NCBI RefSeq assembly: GCF_938091165.1
Contig: NZ_CALKNK010000043.1
Strand: one strand, 5' to 3'
DNA: 64,000 bases
Source of the DNA: an uncultured Ilumatobacter sp.
GTDB lineage: Bacteria; Actinomycetota; Acidimicrobiia; Acidimicrobiales; Ilumatobacteraceae
Part shown: positions 38,960-49,078 of the stretch, piece after piece
Layout: every line of letters begins with the position of its first letter
How positions within the stretch are numbered: position 1 is the stretch's first letter
Notes under the pieces: generated by a model
The model's database searches: none
What the model saw: only the letters and a program-made list of their open reading frames with translations
Told to the model about the DNA's origin: nothing
Position numbers and translations under genes: made by a program

Positions 38960-40735
38960 GTGCATCGGATGTCGAACTTGTTCCTGCGAACCTTACGTGA
39001 CGATCCTTCGGACGCCGAAGTGCCAAGCCACCGTCTCCTTGTCCGGGCGGGTTACATCAGGCGGTCTGCTCCAGGTGGATTCAGCTGGCTGCCCCTTGGG
39101 TACGAGGTGTTCCGCAACGTCGAGCGCATCGTGCGCGAGGAGATGAACGCCGCGGGCTTTCAAGAGGTCCACTTCCCGGCCTTGTTGCCCATTGAGCCGT
39201 ATCAGGCGACGAATCGTTATGAGGAATACGGGCCCAACCTGTTCCGACTGCAGGATCGACACGGCGCCGATTTTCTTTTGGCTCCCACACACGAGGAAAT
39301 GTTCGCCCTCACCGTCAAAGACCTGTTCAGCTCGTATCGGGATCTGCCTCTGGTGATCTATCAAATCCAGACCAAGTTCCGCGACGAGGTACGTCCGCGC
39401 GCTGGCTTGCTACGGACCCGAGAGTTCTCGATGAAGGACTCCTACAGCTTCGATCTCAACGAGGCCGGCTTGCAAGCGTCATACGACGCTCACCGTGCGG
39501 CCTATATCAAATTGTTCGAACGGCTCGAGCTGCCGTGCGTCATCGTTTCGGCACTGTCCGGCGCGATGGGAGGCTCAGAGTCAGAAGAATTCCTTGCTCC
39601 ACTCCCGGTCGGCGAGGACACCTTTATTCGCTGCACATCCTGCGATTTCGCCGCCAACGTCGAGGCTGTCCACACGCCTGTCCCGGAGGCCCAAGCGTTC
39701 ACGGGTCTGCCTGTTGCCGCCGTTCACGACACGCCAAAGACCCCCACTATTTCGACCCTCGTCGACTACGTGAACGCTGATTCGGCCCTGCGTCACCCTG
39801 ACCGCGATTGGACAGCCGCCGATACGTTGAAAAATGTCGTCGTCAACATCAAGCACCCCGATGGAACAGTTGAACCCCTTGCGGTTGGCATCGAAGGGCA
39901 CCGCGAGGTGGACATGAAACGCCTCGGAGCCCAAGTCGAGCCGGCACAGGTTGAGCCGTTCAGCGAGGACGACTTCAAGAAATACCCGTCACTGAAGAAG
40001 GGTTACATCGGCCCAGGTGTCCTTGGGACCACCAACGAGTCCGGCATTCGATATCTCCTCGATCCGCGCATCGTCGATGGGACGCAGTGGATCACTGGCG
40101 CCGATAATTACAACCAGCACGTCCTGCATTTGACCGCCGGTCGCGATTTTGTGGGAGACGGAACAATCGAGGCTGCCGAAGTGCTTGACGGCGACAATTG
40201 TCCGTCATGCGGGTCAGAAGTAGAAATTGCGCGCGGCATCGAGATCGCGCATATTTTCCAGCTCGGCACCAAATATGCTGCGGCCCTTGATCTGACCCTC
40301 CGTGACGAGAACGATCAGCCTGTCACCCCAACCATGGGCAGCTATGGGGTTGGTGTTTCGCGCTGTCTCGCAGCAATCGCTGAAGCCACCCTCGACGACA
40401 GCGGACTCTGCTGGCCACGCGAGGTTGCCCCAGCTGATATTCACGTGATTATTGCGGGCAAAGACGGAAGCCCTCAGGTTTCTGCCGCGGAGGACCTCGC
40501 CACGTCACTCGAAGTAGCTGGCTTGCGCGTGTTGCTCGATGATCGCAGCAAAGCGTCGCTCGGCGTGAAGTTCAAGGATGCTGAATTAATCGGTGTTCCC
40601 ACGATCGTGGTCGTCGGTCGCGGCATTGCCGACGAAGAGAACCCGACCATCGAGGTCAAGGACCGCAGGTCTGGTGAACGCCAAGATATTCCACACGATT
40701 CGATTGTGGAGCACCTCGTCGCTCTCTGCAGCTGA
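38960..40735 (+). CDS. proS: Proline--tRNA ligase (with editing insertion domain)
   Basis: [54 protein letters not shown] start at 38960 follows TATCTT. Confidence 0.97.
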   Translation: MHRMSNLFLRTLRDDPSDAEVPSHRLLVRAGYIRRSAPGGFSWLPLGYEVFRNVERIVREEMNAAGFQEVHFPALLPIEPYQATNRYEEYGPNLFRLQDRHGADFLLAPTHEEMFALTVKDLFSSYRDLPLVIYQIQTKFRDEVRPRAGLLRTREFSMKDSYSFDLNEAGLQASYDAHRAAYIKLFERLELPCVIVSALSGAMGGSESEEFLAPLPVGEDTFIRCTSCDFAANVEAVHTPVPEAQAFTGLPVAAVHDTPKTPTISTLVDYVNADSALRHPDRDWTAADTLKNVVVNIKHPDGTVEPLAVGIEGHREVDMKRLGAQVEPAQVEPFSEDDFKKYPSLKKGYIGPGVLGTTNESGIRYLLDPRIVDGTQWITGADNYNQHVLHLTAGRDFVGDGTIEAAEVLDGDNCPSCGSEVEIARGIEIAHIFQLGTKYAAALDLTLRDENDQPVTPTMGSYGVGVSRCLAAIAEATLDDSGLCWPREVAPADIHVIIAGKDGSPQVSAAEDLATSLEVAGLRVLLDDRSKASLGVKFKDAELIGVPTIVVVGRGIADEENPTIEVKDRRSGERQDIPHDSIVEHLVALCS

Positions 40736-40767
40736 GACGGCATTTGTCGCTCGGCTTCGAGTCGCCC

Positions 40768-41622
40768 TTAGGCGTGACGCAGGAGGCCTTGGTCGATGAC
40801 AATTCGTTCTTCGCCGTCTGCTGACGAAGCTGCGCTGGTGGTGAACACGGATTCATCATCGCCGATCGACCACGTTCGAATGATCAGTGATTCTCCAGGA
40901 ACGACCGGGGAGGCAAAGCGTCCCTCGATGTGGTGGAAGTTCGCCGGATCGCTTTCGCAGATTGCGTGCAGCAGCGCCCGACCCGTAAACCCATAGGTGC
41001 AAAGCCCATGAAGGATCGGCGTGTCAAAGCCGCCCTTTGCGGCGAAGGCCGGGTCTGTGTGGAGCGGGTTCCGGTCGCCGGACAGGCGGTAGACGAACGC
41101 TTGGTCGCGGTCGGTCACGTAGGTGACCTCATGGTCCGCTGACCGCTTGGGTGGAACGTTTTTCGGCCCAGATGGCCCTCGGTCGCCACCCCAGCCACCC
41201 TCTCCGCGCATGAACGACGACCCGGTATTTGTGTAGAGCGGCTCGCCGTCCATCAGTGCCTTGGTCTCAGACACCACGACCGCCGCCTTGCCCTTGTCGT
41301 ACATGCCAGTGATCTCACTCGTCAGTGTCACGGTCCCAGCGATAGGAATTGGGCGGTGAAGCGTCACCGACTGCTGACCGTGAACGAGCAGCGCAGGGTC
41401 GAAGGTGCCGATTGACCCCATTGCCGAACCGCGTCCCCACCCGACGACGACGGGAAAGGTCGGAAACACCAGTTGGGGGATCTCGTTGCTGTTCTCGGTG
41501 GTGAACGCAAGTTCGTCATGGCCCGCACCGATGCCGACCGCGTAGAGCAGCGCATCCTTCGACGTCCAACTCACTTCGACCGGCTCGCTCTTTGAGCCGA
41601 CTGCATCAGGATTCAACGGCAT
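40768..41622 (-). CDS. MaoC-family (R)-specific enoyl-CoA hydratase (double hot-dog, MFE-2 hydratase-like)
   Basis: LLYAVGIG, HGQQ, YRLSGDRNPLHTDP, ILHGLCTYG. Confidence 0.9.
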   Translation of the reverse strand: MPLNPDAVGSKSEPVEVSWTSKDALLYAVGIGAGHDELAFTTENSNEIPQLVFPTFPVVVGWGRGSAMGSIGTFDPALLVHGQQSVTLHRPIPIAGTVTLTSEITGMYDKGKAAVVVSETKALMDGEPLYTNTGSSFMRGEGGWGGDRGPSGPKNVPPKRSADHEVTYVTDRDQAFVYRLSGDRNPLHTDPAFAAKGGFDTPILHGLCTYGFTGRALLHAICESDPANFHHIEGRFASPVVPGESLIIRTWSIGDDESVFTTSAASSADGEERIVIDQGLLRHA

Positions 41623-41693
41623 GGTGGTGCGCCTTCATTTGGATCGGGTGTCACTCAGTTACTTCGGGGTCGAGGCCAGCCGGCACTGGCGAG

Positions 41694-42599
41694 TCAGCGC
41701 TCGACGGGCTTGCCGTTCATGCCAGTACGTCCGCGAGCATCAGCAAGCAAGGACTGAACGATCTCGCCGAGCGCCTCTGGATCGTCGACCGGCGCCGTGC
41801 TCGGACCGCGGACCCAGCCTTCAGCGACCGCGAGAAACTCACCGGACGCCTCGAACACTCGACCGGTGACGCCAGCAGCTTCGTCGGAAACGAGCCACGT
41901 GACGATCGGCGCGATCCATTTCGGCGACCGCGCCTCGGCCTCATCGGAGGTCTCCGGGGCTGGGCCGAGATCTTCGGTCATCCGCGTCAGCGCAACCGGC
42001 GCCACCGCGTTGACTGTGACGCCATAGCGAGCGAGTTCCATGGCAGTGATCTGGGTGAACGAAGCGATACCCGCCTTTGCCGCGCCGTAGTTCGACTGGC
42101 CGACATTGCCGTAGATACCCGACACCGAAGTGGTGTTGATGATGCGACCGGCCACCTCGTCGCCTGCCTTCGACCGTTCACGCCAGTATGCGGCAGCGTG
42201 ACGAGCGGGAGCAAAGGTTCCCTTGAGGTGCACGTTGATGACGGCGTCCCACTCATCTTCGGTCATGTTGGCAAGCATGCGGTCGCGCAGAATCCCGGCG
42301 TTGTTGACCACTGCGTCGAGACCTCCAAAGGTCTCGATTGCGGTCTCAACCATGCGCTGTGCACCGTCCCAGTCGGCGACGTTGTCGGCATTGACGACCG
42401 CCGCGCCACCGCCGGCCACGATCTCGTCGACGACTTGCTGAGCAGGAGAAACATCGTCGCCGGTCCCGTCCCGTGCGCCACCCAGGTCGTTGACGACGAC
42501 CTTCGCTCCGTGCCTCGCAAGGCTCAGCGCATGCTCGCGCCCAATACCCCGGCCTGCACCGGTGACGATTGCGATCTTACCTTCACAGAGTCGTGTCAT
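41694..42599 (-). CDS. SDR oxidoreductase (3-hydroxyacyl-CoA dehydrogenase, MFE-2-like)
   Basis: TGAGRGIG, VVVNDLG, NNAGILRD, YGAAKAG. Start refined to 42599. Confidence 0.92.
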   Translation of the reverse strand: MTRLCEGKIAIVTGAGRGIGREHALSLARHGAKVVVNDLGGARDGTGDDVSPAQQVVDEIVAGGGAAVVNADNVADWDGAQRMVETAIETFGGLDAVVNNAGILRDRMLANMTEDEWDAVINVHLKGTFAPARHAAAYWRERSKAGDEVAGRIINTTSVSGIYGNVGQSNYGAAKAGIASFTQITAMELARYGVTVNAVAPVALTRMTEDLGPAPETSDEAEARSPKWIAPIVTWLVSDEAAGVTGRVFEASGEFLAVAEGWVRGPSTAPVDDPEALGEIVQSLLADARGRTGMNGKPVER

Positions 42600-42667
42600 T
42601 TCCCCAACGTACGAACACCAACGCGAGCGGCCCGAACCGGACTGTTTCTTTCCCAAGCAGCACCAGT

Positions 42668-43897
42668 TCACAGCTCAGGGCCTGGCCGTTTTAGGAAGTC
42701 TCGGTGCCAGCGGCTGGGCGTCAGCGCTATCGCTCGTGGTTCATCTTCGAACATCCAACGGGCAAAGTTACGTTGGCCCCATGGCCCACTTGCTGCGACC
42801 ACTCGGATCGCTGCGCGGGCGCCCCATGATTTCGCTAACACCTTGCCAAGGGCGAACGACATTTTGTGGTCAGCACGAAGGTGGTGCTGAACTTCGCGTT
42901 CGTAGATGCCTGCGGCGACTTCAGGTTGCGTTGCACCCCCTGCGACGATCGCTTCAGCCGCAAGTCGGCCGGTGAGCAGCGCCTGCCCAATGCCTTCACC
43001 GGTCATCACGTCGGTCGCCATGGCAGCGTCTCCGGTAAAAATCACGCGGCCACAAGTGAGCACCGCCTCATCTATCCGCGCCGGAATCGGCCAAGCCGTA
43101 TGCCGGTCCTCGAGCTTGAAGCCGGCACCAAGCGCTTCGACCACGTGAGGCCGGTTGAGCAGATCAAGCCACAGTGGCTTCATGTCCTTGGTTTTGCGGT
43201 CGCCGTCGCGCAGTAACCCAAAACCGATGTTCACCCGGCCGTCCGGAAGTGGGAATGACCATGCATAGCCAGGCAACAGATCTTCCTCGAACCACACATG
43301 CAGTTGAGTCGATGCGGTCCCAGTCACGCCGGTGGCGTACTGCCGGAATCCGTGCCACTCCCCTAAGTATCCGGATTCGTTCAGACCGAGTGACTTGCGG
43401 ACCGGACTCCACATTCCATCAGCTGCGATGACGTACCGAGATCGGACGCTCAGGCCATCAGCAGCGACAACCACATGGTCGTCCTGTTGTTCGATCGATA
43501 TAAAAGCAATGCCATCGTGCACCTGAACGCCGGCATTGCGGGCAAGATCGACGAGTGCGTTGTCTAGCTGCTGTCGCGGCGCTACTGCGGCGTATCGGCC
43601 GGGTCCAGTGAGGGGGACCTCAACCGAGCGGCCTGACGGGGATCGCAACGATGCGCCTGCGACATCGAACCAGTCGATCACCGAGGCGGGGTCGAAGTCG
43701 AGGTGTTGGAGTTCGCGTAATGCCAGTGTGGTTAGACCATCACCGCAGCATTTGTCTCGCGGGAACGTCGCCCGATCGATGAGCACAACTGACCGACCCG
43801 TCCGAGCAAGCTCAATGGCCGCAGCTGACCCCGCTGGCCCACCGCCAACGATCAAGACGTCTGTCGCAAGGTTTGCGATGTCGGCCGTGCTGCTCAC
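42668..43897 (-). CDS. Geranylgeranyl reductase family FAD-dependent oxidoreductase (MenJ-like)
   Basis: GGGPAG, FPRDKCCGDGL, ADG, GYAWSFP, GDAA...GEGI. Confidence 0.88.
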   Translation of the reverse strand: MSSTADIANLATDVLIVGGGPAGSAAAIELARTGRSVVLIDRATFPRDKCCGDGLTTLALRELQHLDFDPASVIDWFDVAGASLRSPSGRSVEVPLTGPGRYAAVAPRQQLDNALVDLARNAGVQVHDGIAFISIEQQDDHVVVAADGLSVRSRYVIAADGMWSPVRKSLGLNESGYLGEWHGFRQYATGVTGTASTQLHVWFEEDLLPGYAWSFPLPDGRVNIGFGLLRDGDRKTKDMKPLWLDLLNRPHVVEALGAGFKLEDRHTAWPIPARIDEAVLTCGRVIFTGDAAMATDVMTGEGIGQALLTGRLAAEAIVAGGATQPEVAAGIYEREVQHHLRADHKMSFALGKVLAKSWGARAAIRVVAASGPWGQRNFARWMFEDEPRAIALTPSRWHRDFLKRPGPEL

Positions 43898-44004
43898 AGC
43901 GGGGAGGATACGAGCGGTCAAGCAAGTCGTGCATGACCGTGCGTAGTCAATAACGCTAACTTACTGCCAGTCATTTATCGGGGCTCAGTGGTCCATGCGC
44001 GGAC

Positions 44005-44346
44005 TCAGGTCGTCTCAGAGTCAGCAGCGCCGCCCGGCGGCGGCGCCCACACGTCCACGCCTCCCACAGTCACTTCGATGCCGTCAGTATCGATGTCGCC
44101 AGGTTCGTCAGGACTTTCTGCTACTTCAACGATGTCAGCGTCGAGAGGTGGCCCCTCGTAGATCTCCTGGACAGCGAACATTGCCCCTGCCATCGCCGCT
44201 CCTGCGATGCCGCCCTTGCGGCGACCCGCTTCGATCGTGGTGAGCCTCAATGTTGCGGCGCGCTCGGCTCGCTCGGCGCGGTCAGCTGCGACCGCATCAA
44301 ATTGATCATCGACGGACGGCACTCCGTCTGGGTTGTTCTTCGTCAC
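44005..44346 (-). CDS. Small acidic hypothetical protein
   Basis: C-terminal part of the tracked ORF (TKNNPDG...GRRKGGIAGAAMAGAM...). GTG at 44346 lies 6 nt after TACGTT and avoids overlap with moxR. Confidence 0.6.
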   Translation of the reverse strand: MTKNNPDGVPSVDDQFDAVAADRAERAERAATLRLTTIEAGRRKGGIAGAAMAGAMFAVQEIYEGPPLDADIVEVAESPDEPGDIDTDGIEVTVGGVDVWAPPPGGAADSETT

Positions 44347-44425
44347 GTGTTCAACGTATCTGCGGCGAGAGTCGATGGGCAGGCGACGGGACGGATGGCT
44401 CGGTGCGGAGTAGTTTGCTCGTTGA

Positions 44426-45517
44426 ATGAGTGACTCCGAAATGGCAGGCCAAGCGAGTTCGGGACCTCCCGCCGCGGAACAGATAAACCCGACTGGCGCC
44501 AACAGCATGACGATGAACGATCTGGCCACAGCTGAGACGTTCGAGAAGATTTTCTTCGAACTACGCAAGGTGATCGTCGGCCAATCACGACTGCTTGAGC
44601 GTCTCCTCGTCGGGGTTCTGTGCCGCGGCCATTGTCTGCTGGAGTCAGTTCCGGGTCTAGCGAAAACATTGGCGGCAGAGACGTTGGCCAACGTCGTCGG
44701 CGGATCTTTCGCTCGCATCCAGTTCACCCCTGATCTGCTTCCGTCTGACATCGTCGGCACACGGATCTACCGAGCAGGTTCAGAGACCTTCGACGTGGAG
44801 CTCGGGCCGGTCTTTGTCAACTTTTTGTTGACTGACGAGATCAACCGAGCGCCAGCCAAAGTCCAATCTGCGTTGCTCGAGGTAATGGCTGAACAGCAGG
44901 TCACTATCGGCGGGATCACGCACCCCGTCGAGCCGCCGTTCTTCGTCGTCGCCACGCAGAACCCGATCGAATCCGAGGGTGTGTACCAACTCCCCGACGC
45001 GCAGCGTGATCGTTTTATGATGAAGATCGTCCTTGACCACCCAACTGCTGACGACGAGATGGCCATTCTCGACCGAATGGCAGTCGCCTCAGCCGCTCCG
45101 ACACCCAATCAGGTCATCAGTCTCGACGAGCTCATAGCCTTACAGGAGCGCGCCGACCAGGTGTTCGTCGATCGGTCCGTGATGCAGTACGCCGTCGATG
45201 TCGTGCAGTGCACCCGTTACCCAGACCATTACAAGCTTGCTGATCTCGGGCCGATGATCGGTCTCGGTGCGAGCCCACGGGCCTCACTGAACCTCGTCAA
45301 GGGCGCGCGGGCGATGGCGATGCTCCGTGGACGCTCCTACGCCACGCCACAAGATGTCTTTGACTTGGCGCCAGAGGTTCTTCGCCACCGCTTGCTCCTG
45401 ACCTATGACGCTCTTGCGCGCGACATCACTGCCGATCACATTATTCAGCGCATTCTCGCCACCGTGCCAGCTAACTGGGTTTCGCCCAAGCCAAACGCCG
45501 TCTTTAACCGGAGCTGA
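44426..45517 (+). CDS. MoxR family AAA+ ATPase
   Basis: LLESVPGLAKT, RIQFTPDLLPSD, DEINRAPAKVQSALLE, ATQNPIE. Confidence 0.95.
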   Translation: MSDSEMAGQASSGPPAAEQINPTGANSMTMNDLATAETFEKIFFELRKVIVGQSRLLERLLVGVLCRGHCLLESVPGLAKTLAAETLANVVGGSFARIQFTPDLLPSDIVGTRIYRAGSETFDVELGPVFVNFLLTDEINRAPAKVQSALLEVMAEQQVTIGGITHPVEPPFFVVATQNPIESEGVYQLPDAQRDRFMMKIVLDHPTADDEMAILDRMAVASAAPTPNQVISLDELIALQERADQVFVDRSVMQYAVDVVQCTRYPDHYKLADLGPMIGLGASPRASLNLVKGARAMAMLRGRSYATPQDVFDLAPEVLRHRLLLTYDALARDITADHIIQRILATVPANWVSPKPNAVFNRS

Positions 45518-45519
45518 CA

Positions 45520-46485
45520 TTGGCCGATTTTTCCGTCGATCGCAGCGACTCGCCCGTGCTGGGCTCGCATTGGACGCAAGGGCCACCGGCCGACACGGTG
45601 ACAGAGCTCCTCCGTACTCTTGAGCTCACGGTTAGCCGACGGCTCGATAGTGCTCTGCATGGCAGTTATCAAGGACTTACACCGGGTCACGGGTCCGAAC
45701 CCGGAGAGTCACGTCCCTACGCGCTCGGAGATGACGTTCGCCGCATCGACTGGAACGTCACGGCGAGGACCCAGGAGACCTATATCCGCGAGCAGATTGC
45801 CGACCGCGATCTCACAGCGTGGCTTGTGATCGACGCGTCCGCAACAATGCAGTTTGGAACCGTCACCAACACCAAAGCCCAAACAGCATTGGCAGCAACC
45901 GCAGCAGTTGGGTTCCTTACTGCTCGGAATCAGAACCGAGTCGGCGCGGTGATGGTGGCAGGCTCAGATATCCGCTCTGTTCCACCCCGTTCCGGCAAAA
46001 ATCAGATTCGCGCCGTTCTGTCAATGCTCGCCGCTCCCCCGGTTTCGGACGGCCACGGAAGAGCGGATTTATCAGGTGCGCTCGACCGTGTTGGGGCGTT
46101 AGCGAAACGTCGAGGGTTTATTGCGATTATCTCTGACTTCGCTGGATCGGATTGGACAGGAGCGCTCGGGCGGTTGAGTCTCCGCCACGATCTTTTGGCG
46201 ATCACCGTGCACGATCCGCGTGAATACGACGTTCCCCCGATTGGGCTGGTTCAAATGGTCGACCCAGCGTCGGGGCGCACTCGCGAAGTGCGAGTGACGG
46301 AGTCGGTGCAACGCAAGTTCATCACCGCTGCGGCCGAGCAACGAACAACACGCCTCGACGGGCTAGGGCGGGCCGGTGCGGACACAATCGAGCTGACCGC
46401 CGACGGAGACTGGCTCAGCAGCGTCGTCGCCTACGTTCAACGTCGCCGCACCCAAGCCGTCCGTGGCGGAGTGCTCACGCGATGA
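45520..46485 (+). CDS. DUF58 domain protein
   Basis: RPY..GDDVRRIDWNVTAR, DASATM.FG, ISDF. Confidence 0.92.
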   Translation: MADFSVDRSDSPVLGSHWTQGPPADTVTELLRTLELTVSRRLDSALHGSYQGLTPGHGSEPGESRPYALGDDVRRIDWNVTARTQETYIREQIADRDLTAWLVIDASATMQFGTVTNTKAQTALAATAAVGFLTARNQNRVGAVMVAGSDIRSVPPRSGKNQIRAVLSMLAAPPVSDGHGRADLSGALDRVGALAKRRGFIAIISDFAGSDWTGALGRLSLRHDLLAITVHDPREYDVPPIGLVQMVDPASGRTREVRVTESVQRKFITAAAEQRTTRLDGLGRAGADTIELTADGDWLSSVVAYVQRRRTQAVRGGVLTR

Positions 46486-47471
46486 ATCTTGACTTTCTCG
46501 AACCTGGTCGATTATGGCTGCTGCTCATTGTCGCCACGTTGGCGGTCTTCTACGTGGCGGTGCTGCGCTGGCGAAACACGGCTTCCATTCGTTTTACGCA
46601 AATAGATCTCCTCGATGAAATCGTGCCCGAACGCCCGAACTGGCGACGCCATGTGGTCGCTGTGCTCCAGCTCGTCGGACTGGCAGCAGCAGTTGTCGCT
46701 ATCGCTCGTCCTGTGGATCGCGCTACCGAGCGGACTCAGAGCGAAGGACGAATCCTCGTCGCCTTCGACGTGTCGCTCTCCATGGAGGCCGATGACGTCG
46801 ATCCGAGTCGATTTGAATCGGCGCGGGTTGCTGCAAGAGAGTTCATCGAAGAGGTGGACAACAATGTTGAGGTCGGCCTGGTCTCGTTTTCGGGAGTGGT
46901 CGATGTTGCTGTCGATCCGACCCTGGATCGATCTGCGCTCAACCGCGGCCTTGACCGCTTGGAGCTCGATGAGTCAACAGCTATCGGAGACGCTTTGTCG
47001 GTATCGACTCGCCTTCTCCTCAGTTCTGCTGACAATGAAGTTGATCAGCAAGACGATGATGTCGCTCCTGGCGTCATTGTGCTGCTCAGCGACGGCGAGA
47101 CAACCGTCGGGCGCCTCACTTCTGACGGCGCGCAGGAGGCAGCCGAGGCAGGAGTGCCTGTGTTTACCATTGCGTTCGGAACTGATGCGGGAGTGATTAC
47201 TGACCCAGTCAGCGGCGACGAAGTTCCGGTTCCCGTCCGTCCTGCTGACCTCGAGCTAGTCGCAGAAACCACGGGGGGTGCTGCGTTCGTGGCAGAGACC
47301 GGAGGTGAACTCGCCGCAGCGTACGATCAAATTCAGATGTCGCTCGGAGAGACGCTAGGCGAAGAGATTGAGATCGTGAAGGAACTCACCTGGCGCTGGG
47401 CGCTGGGCGCGTTTTTTGTTCTTGCGCTTGCGTGGGCCCTCAGCCTCTGGTGGCTACGCGGGATGGTCTGA
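46482..47471 (+). CDS. BatA/VWA domain membrane protein
   Basis: N-terminal BatA-like TMs, MIDAS motif DVSLSM, TAIGDAL, LLSDG, C-terminal TM. Confidence 0.92.
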   Translation: MNLDFLEPGRLWLLLIVATLAVFYVAVLRWRNTASIRFTQIDLLDEIVPERPNWRRHVVAVLQLVGLAAAVVAIARPVDRATERTQSEGRILVAFDVSLSMEADDVDPSRFESARVAAREFIEEVDNNVEVGLVSFSGVVDVAVDPTLDRSALNRGLDRLELDESTAIGDALSVSTRLLLSSADNEVDQQDDDVAPGVIVLLSDGETTVGRLTSDGAQEAAEAGVPVFTIAFGTDAGVITDPVSGDEVPVPVRPADLELVAETTGGAAFVAETGGELAAAYDQIQMSLGETLGEEIEIVKELTWRWALGAFFVLALAWALSLWWLRGMV

Positions 47472-47492
47472 CTCGCTTTCAGCTAGCAACGG

Positions 47493-47899
47493 TCATATCG
47501 TTTTGCCGTAGTCGACGGTGAGCCACTGTTCTGGCCGAAGTCAAACTACGATTGAATCAGAGCTGGGCGGATTTTTCTTTGCGTACGAGGCGCCTATTGC
47601 TGGTCCAAGGTAACGGATCGCTAGTTCTGCGATATCGAAGTCTTCGTAGTTGACGGTCACCGGTCCTTCGACCATCACGTACTGGCAGGGAGGCTCTTCC
47701 CGCGTTGCGGTGAGCGTGGCTATCCTGCGCTTGCGGACCAAGTCCGCTTTCAGCGATGCCCCATTCATGGAGAGGATCACGTTGTCACCTCGGTACAGGT
47801 ACCAGATCGGAAGTGCTAGTGGGCCTTTGTTCTGACGTGCGATCGACAGCATCCCAACGTGTTTGCAGCGAGAAACGCTTCGCGGTCCTCGACGGTCAT
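47493..47899 (-). pseudogene. PPOX/pyridoxamine 5'-phosphate oxidase-like (F420-binding) pseudogene
   Basis: MTVEDREAFLAA is out of frame with HVGMLSIARQNKGPLALPIWY (1-nt frameshift near 47862). An internal TGA at 47541-43 interrupts SIVV*LRPEQWLTVDYGK. Confidence 0.75.
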
Positions 47900-47953
47900 G
47901 TCGGTGTCGGTCACGTGCTGCTCTGCTGTGTTGTGATGTTGTGATGACAGCGG

Positions 47954-49000
47954 TCAGTCGAACAGTTCTTTGAGTTGCTCGATCGTAGCCGTGGCGTCGG
48001 CTCCGACGGGGTTCACTGAAAGGTGAGTCACGCCGGCTTCCTTGTAGGCAGCGATACGTTCTTTCACATGGCTCGCAGGGCCGACAAGGTTGGTGTTGGC
48101 CAGCATCTCGGCGGGCACCAACGACGCTGCTTTGTCTTTCTCCCCAGACAGATAGTTGTCCTGAATGCCGATCGCATCGTCCACGTAGCCGTATTTTTGC
48201 ATGATCGTGTTGTAAAAGTTTTTGTCGCGTGCGCCCATGCCGCCGACGTAGAGCGCCACACTCGGGCGAGCCATATCGAGAATGGCATTGGCTTTGTCTC
48301 CAACGAGGTCCTCGCCGATTGCCACCATGCCACCAGCTGAGATCTGGACAGGCCCGAGCGACGGGTCACGTTTGGCAGTCCCTTTCTTCAGTTCCTCGCC
48401 CCACACGTTGTGGAACTTCTCGGGATCGAAGAAGATCGGTAGCCAGCCGTCAGCGTGCTCGGCGGTGGCCGTGACCGACAGGCCCATCAGGCTGGCCCAA
48501 AAGATCGGGACATGTTCGCGTACAGGATGGTTGATGAGCTTGAGCGGCTTGCCGAGGCCCGTTCCTTGGCCGTCGGGCAGCGGCACCTGGACTGTCGGTC
48601 CGTCGTAGACGACTTTCTCACGCTTGGTGACCATGCGACAAACGTTGATGTAGTCGCGAATGCGCGGCATCGGCTTTTCGTACGGAACGCCGTGGAAGCC
48701 TTCGACCACCTGCGGGCCGGAGGCACCGAGGCCGAGTACGAACCGGCCGCTCGACACGAAGTCAAGTCCTGCAGCCGTTTGGCCCATGCACGTTGCGGTG
48801 CGTGAGTAGACGTTGAGAATGCCGGCACCAATTTCGATCGTGTCAGTTTTGGCTGCCAGGTATCCCATCTGTGAGACCGAGTCAAAGCTGTATGCCTCAG
48901 GCACCCAGACGATGTCGAGGCCGGCTTTTTCGAGTTCTTGAACTTTGGCGACGTCGGCGTGGAAGTCGCCCGAGTAGCTGATCTGCATGGAGAGCTTCAT
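47954..49000 (-). CDS. LLM-class F420-dependent oxidoreductase
   Basis: WVPEAYSFD, GRFVLGLGASGPQVVEGFHG, YVGGMG..NFYN. Confidence 0.92.
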   Translation of the reverse strand: MKLSMQISYSGDFHADVAKVQELEKAGLDIVWVPEAYSFDSVSQMGYLAAKTDTIEIGAGILNVYSRTATCMGQTAAGLDFVSSGRFVLGLGASGPQVVEGFHGVPYEKPMPRIRDYINVCRMVTKREKVVYDGPTVQVPLPDGQGTGLGKPLKLINHPVREHVPIFWASLMGLSVTATAEHADGWLPIFFDPEKFHNVWGEELKKGTAKRDPSLGPVQISAGGMVAIGEDLVGDKANAILDMARPSVALYVGGMGARDKNFYNTIMQKYGYVDDAIGIQDNYLSGEKDKAASLVPAEMLANTNLVGPASHVKERIAAYKEAGVTHLSVNPVGADATATIEQLKELFD

Positions 49001-49078
49001 GGCCGCTAACGATAGGTGAACAGTCACGCGCCCGAACAATCAGCGCGCACAGATGGAGTGGTCTCTTCTGCGACGTTT

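Noticed and set aside
47541..47543. Second possible selenocysteine codon
   Set aside because: It aligns to an expected Arg rather than a Cys, and the gene also has a frameshift, so it is treated as a nonsense mutation.
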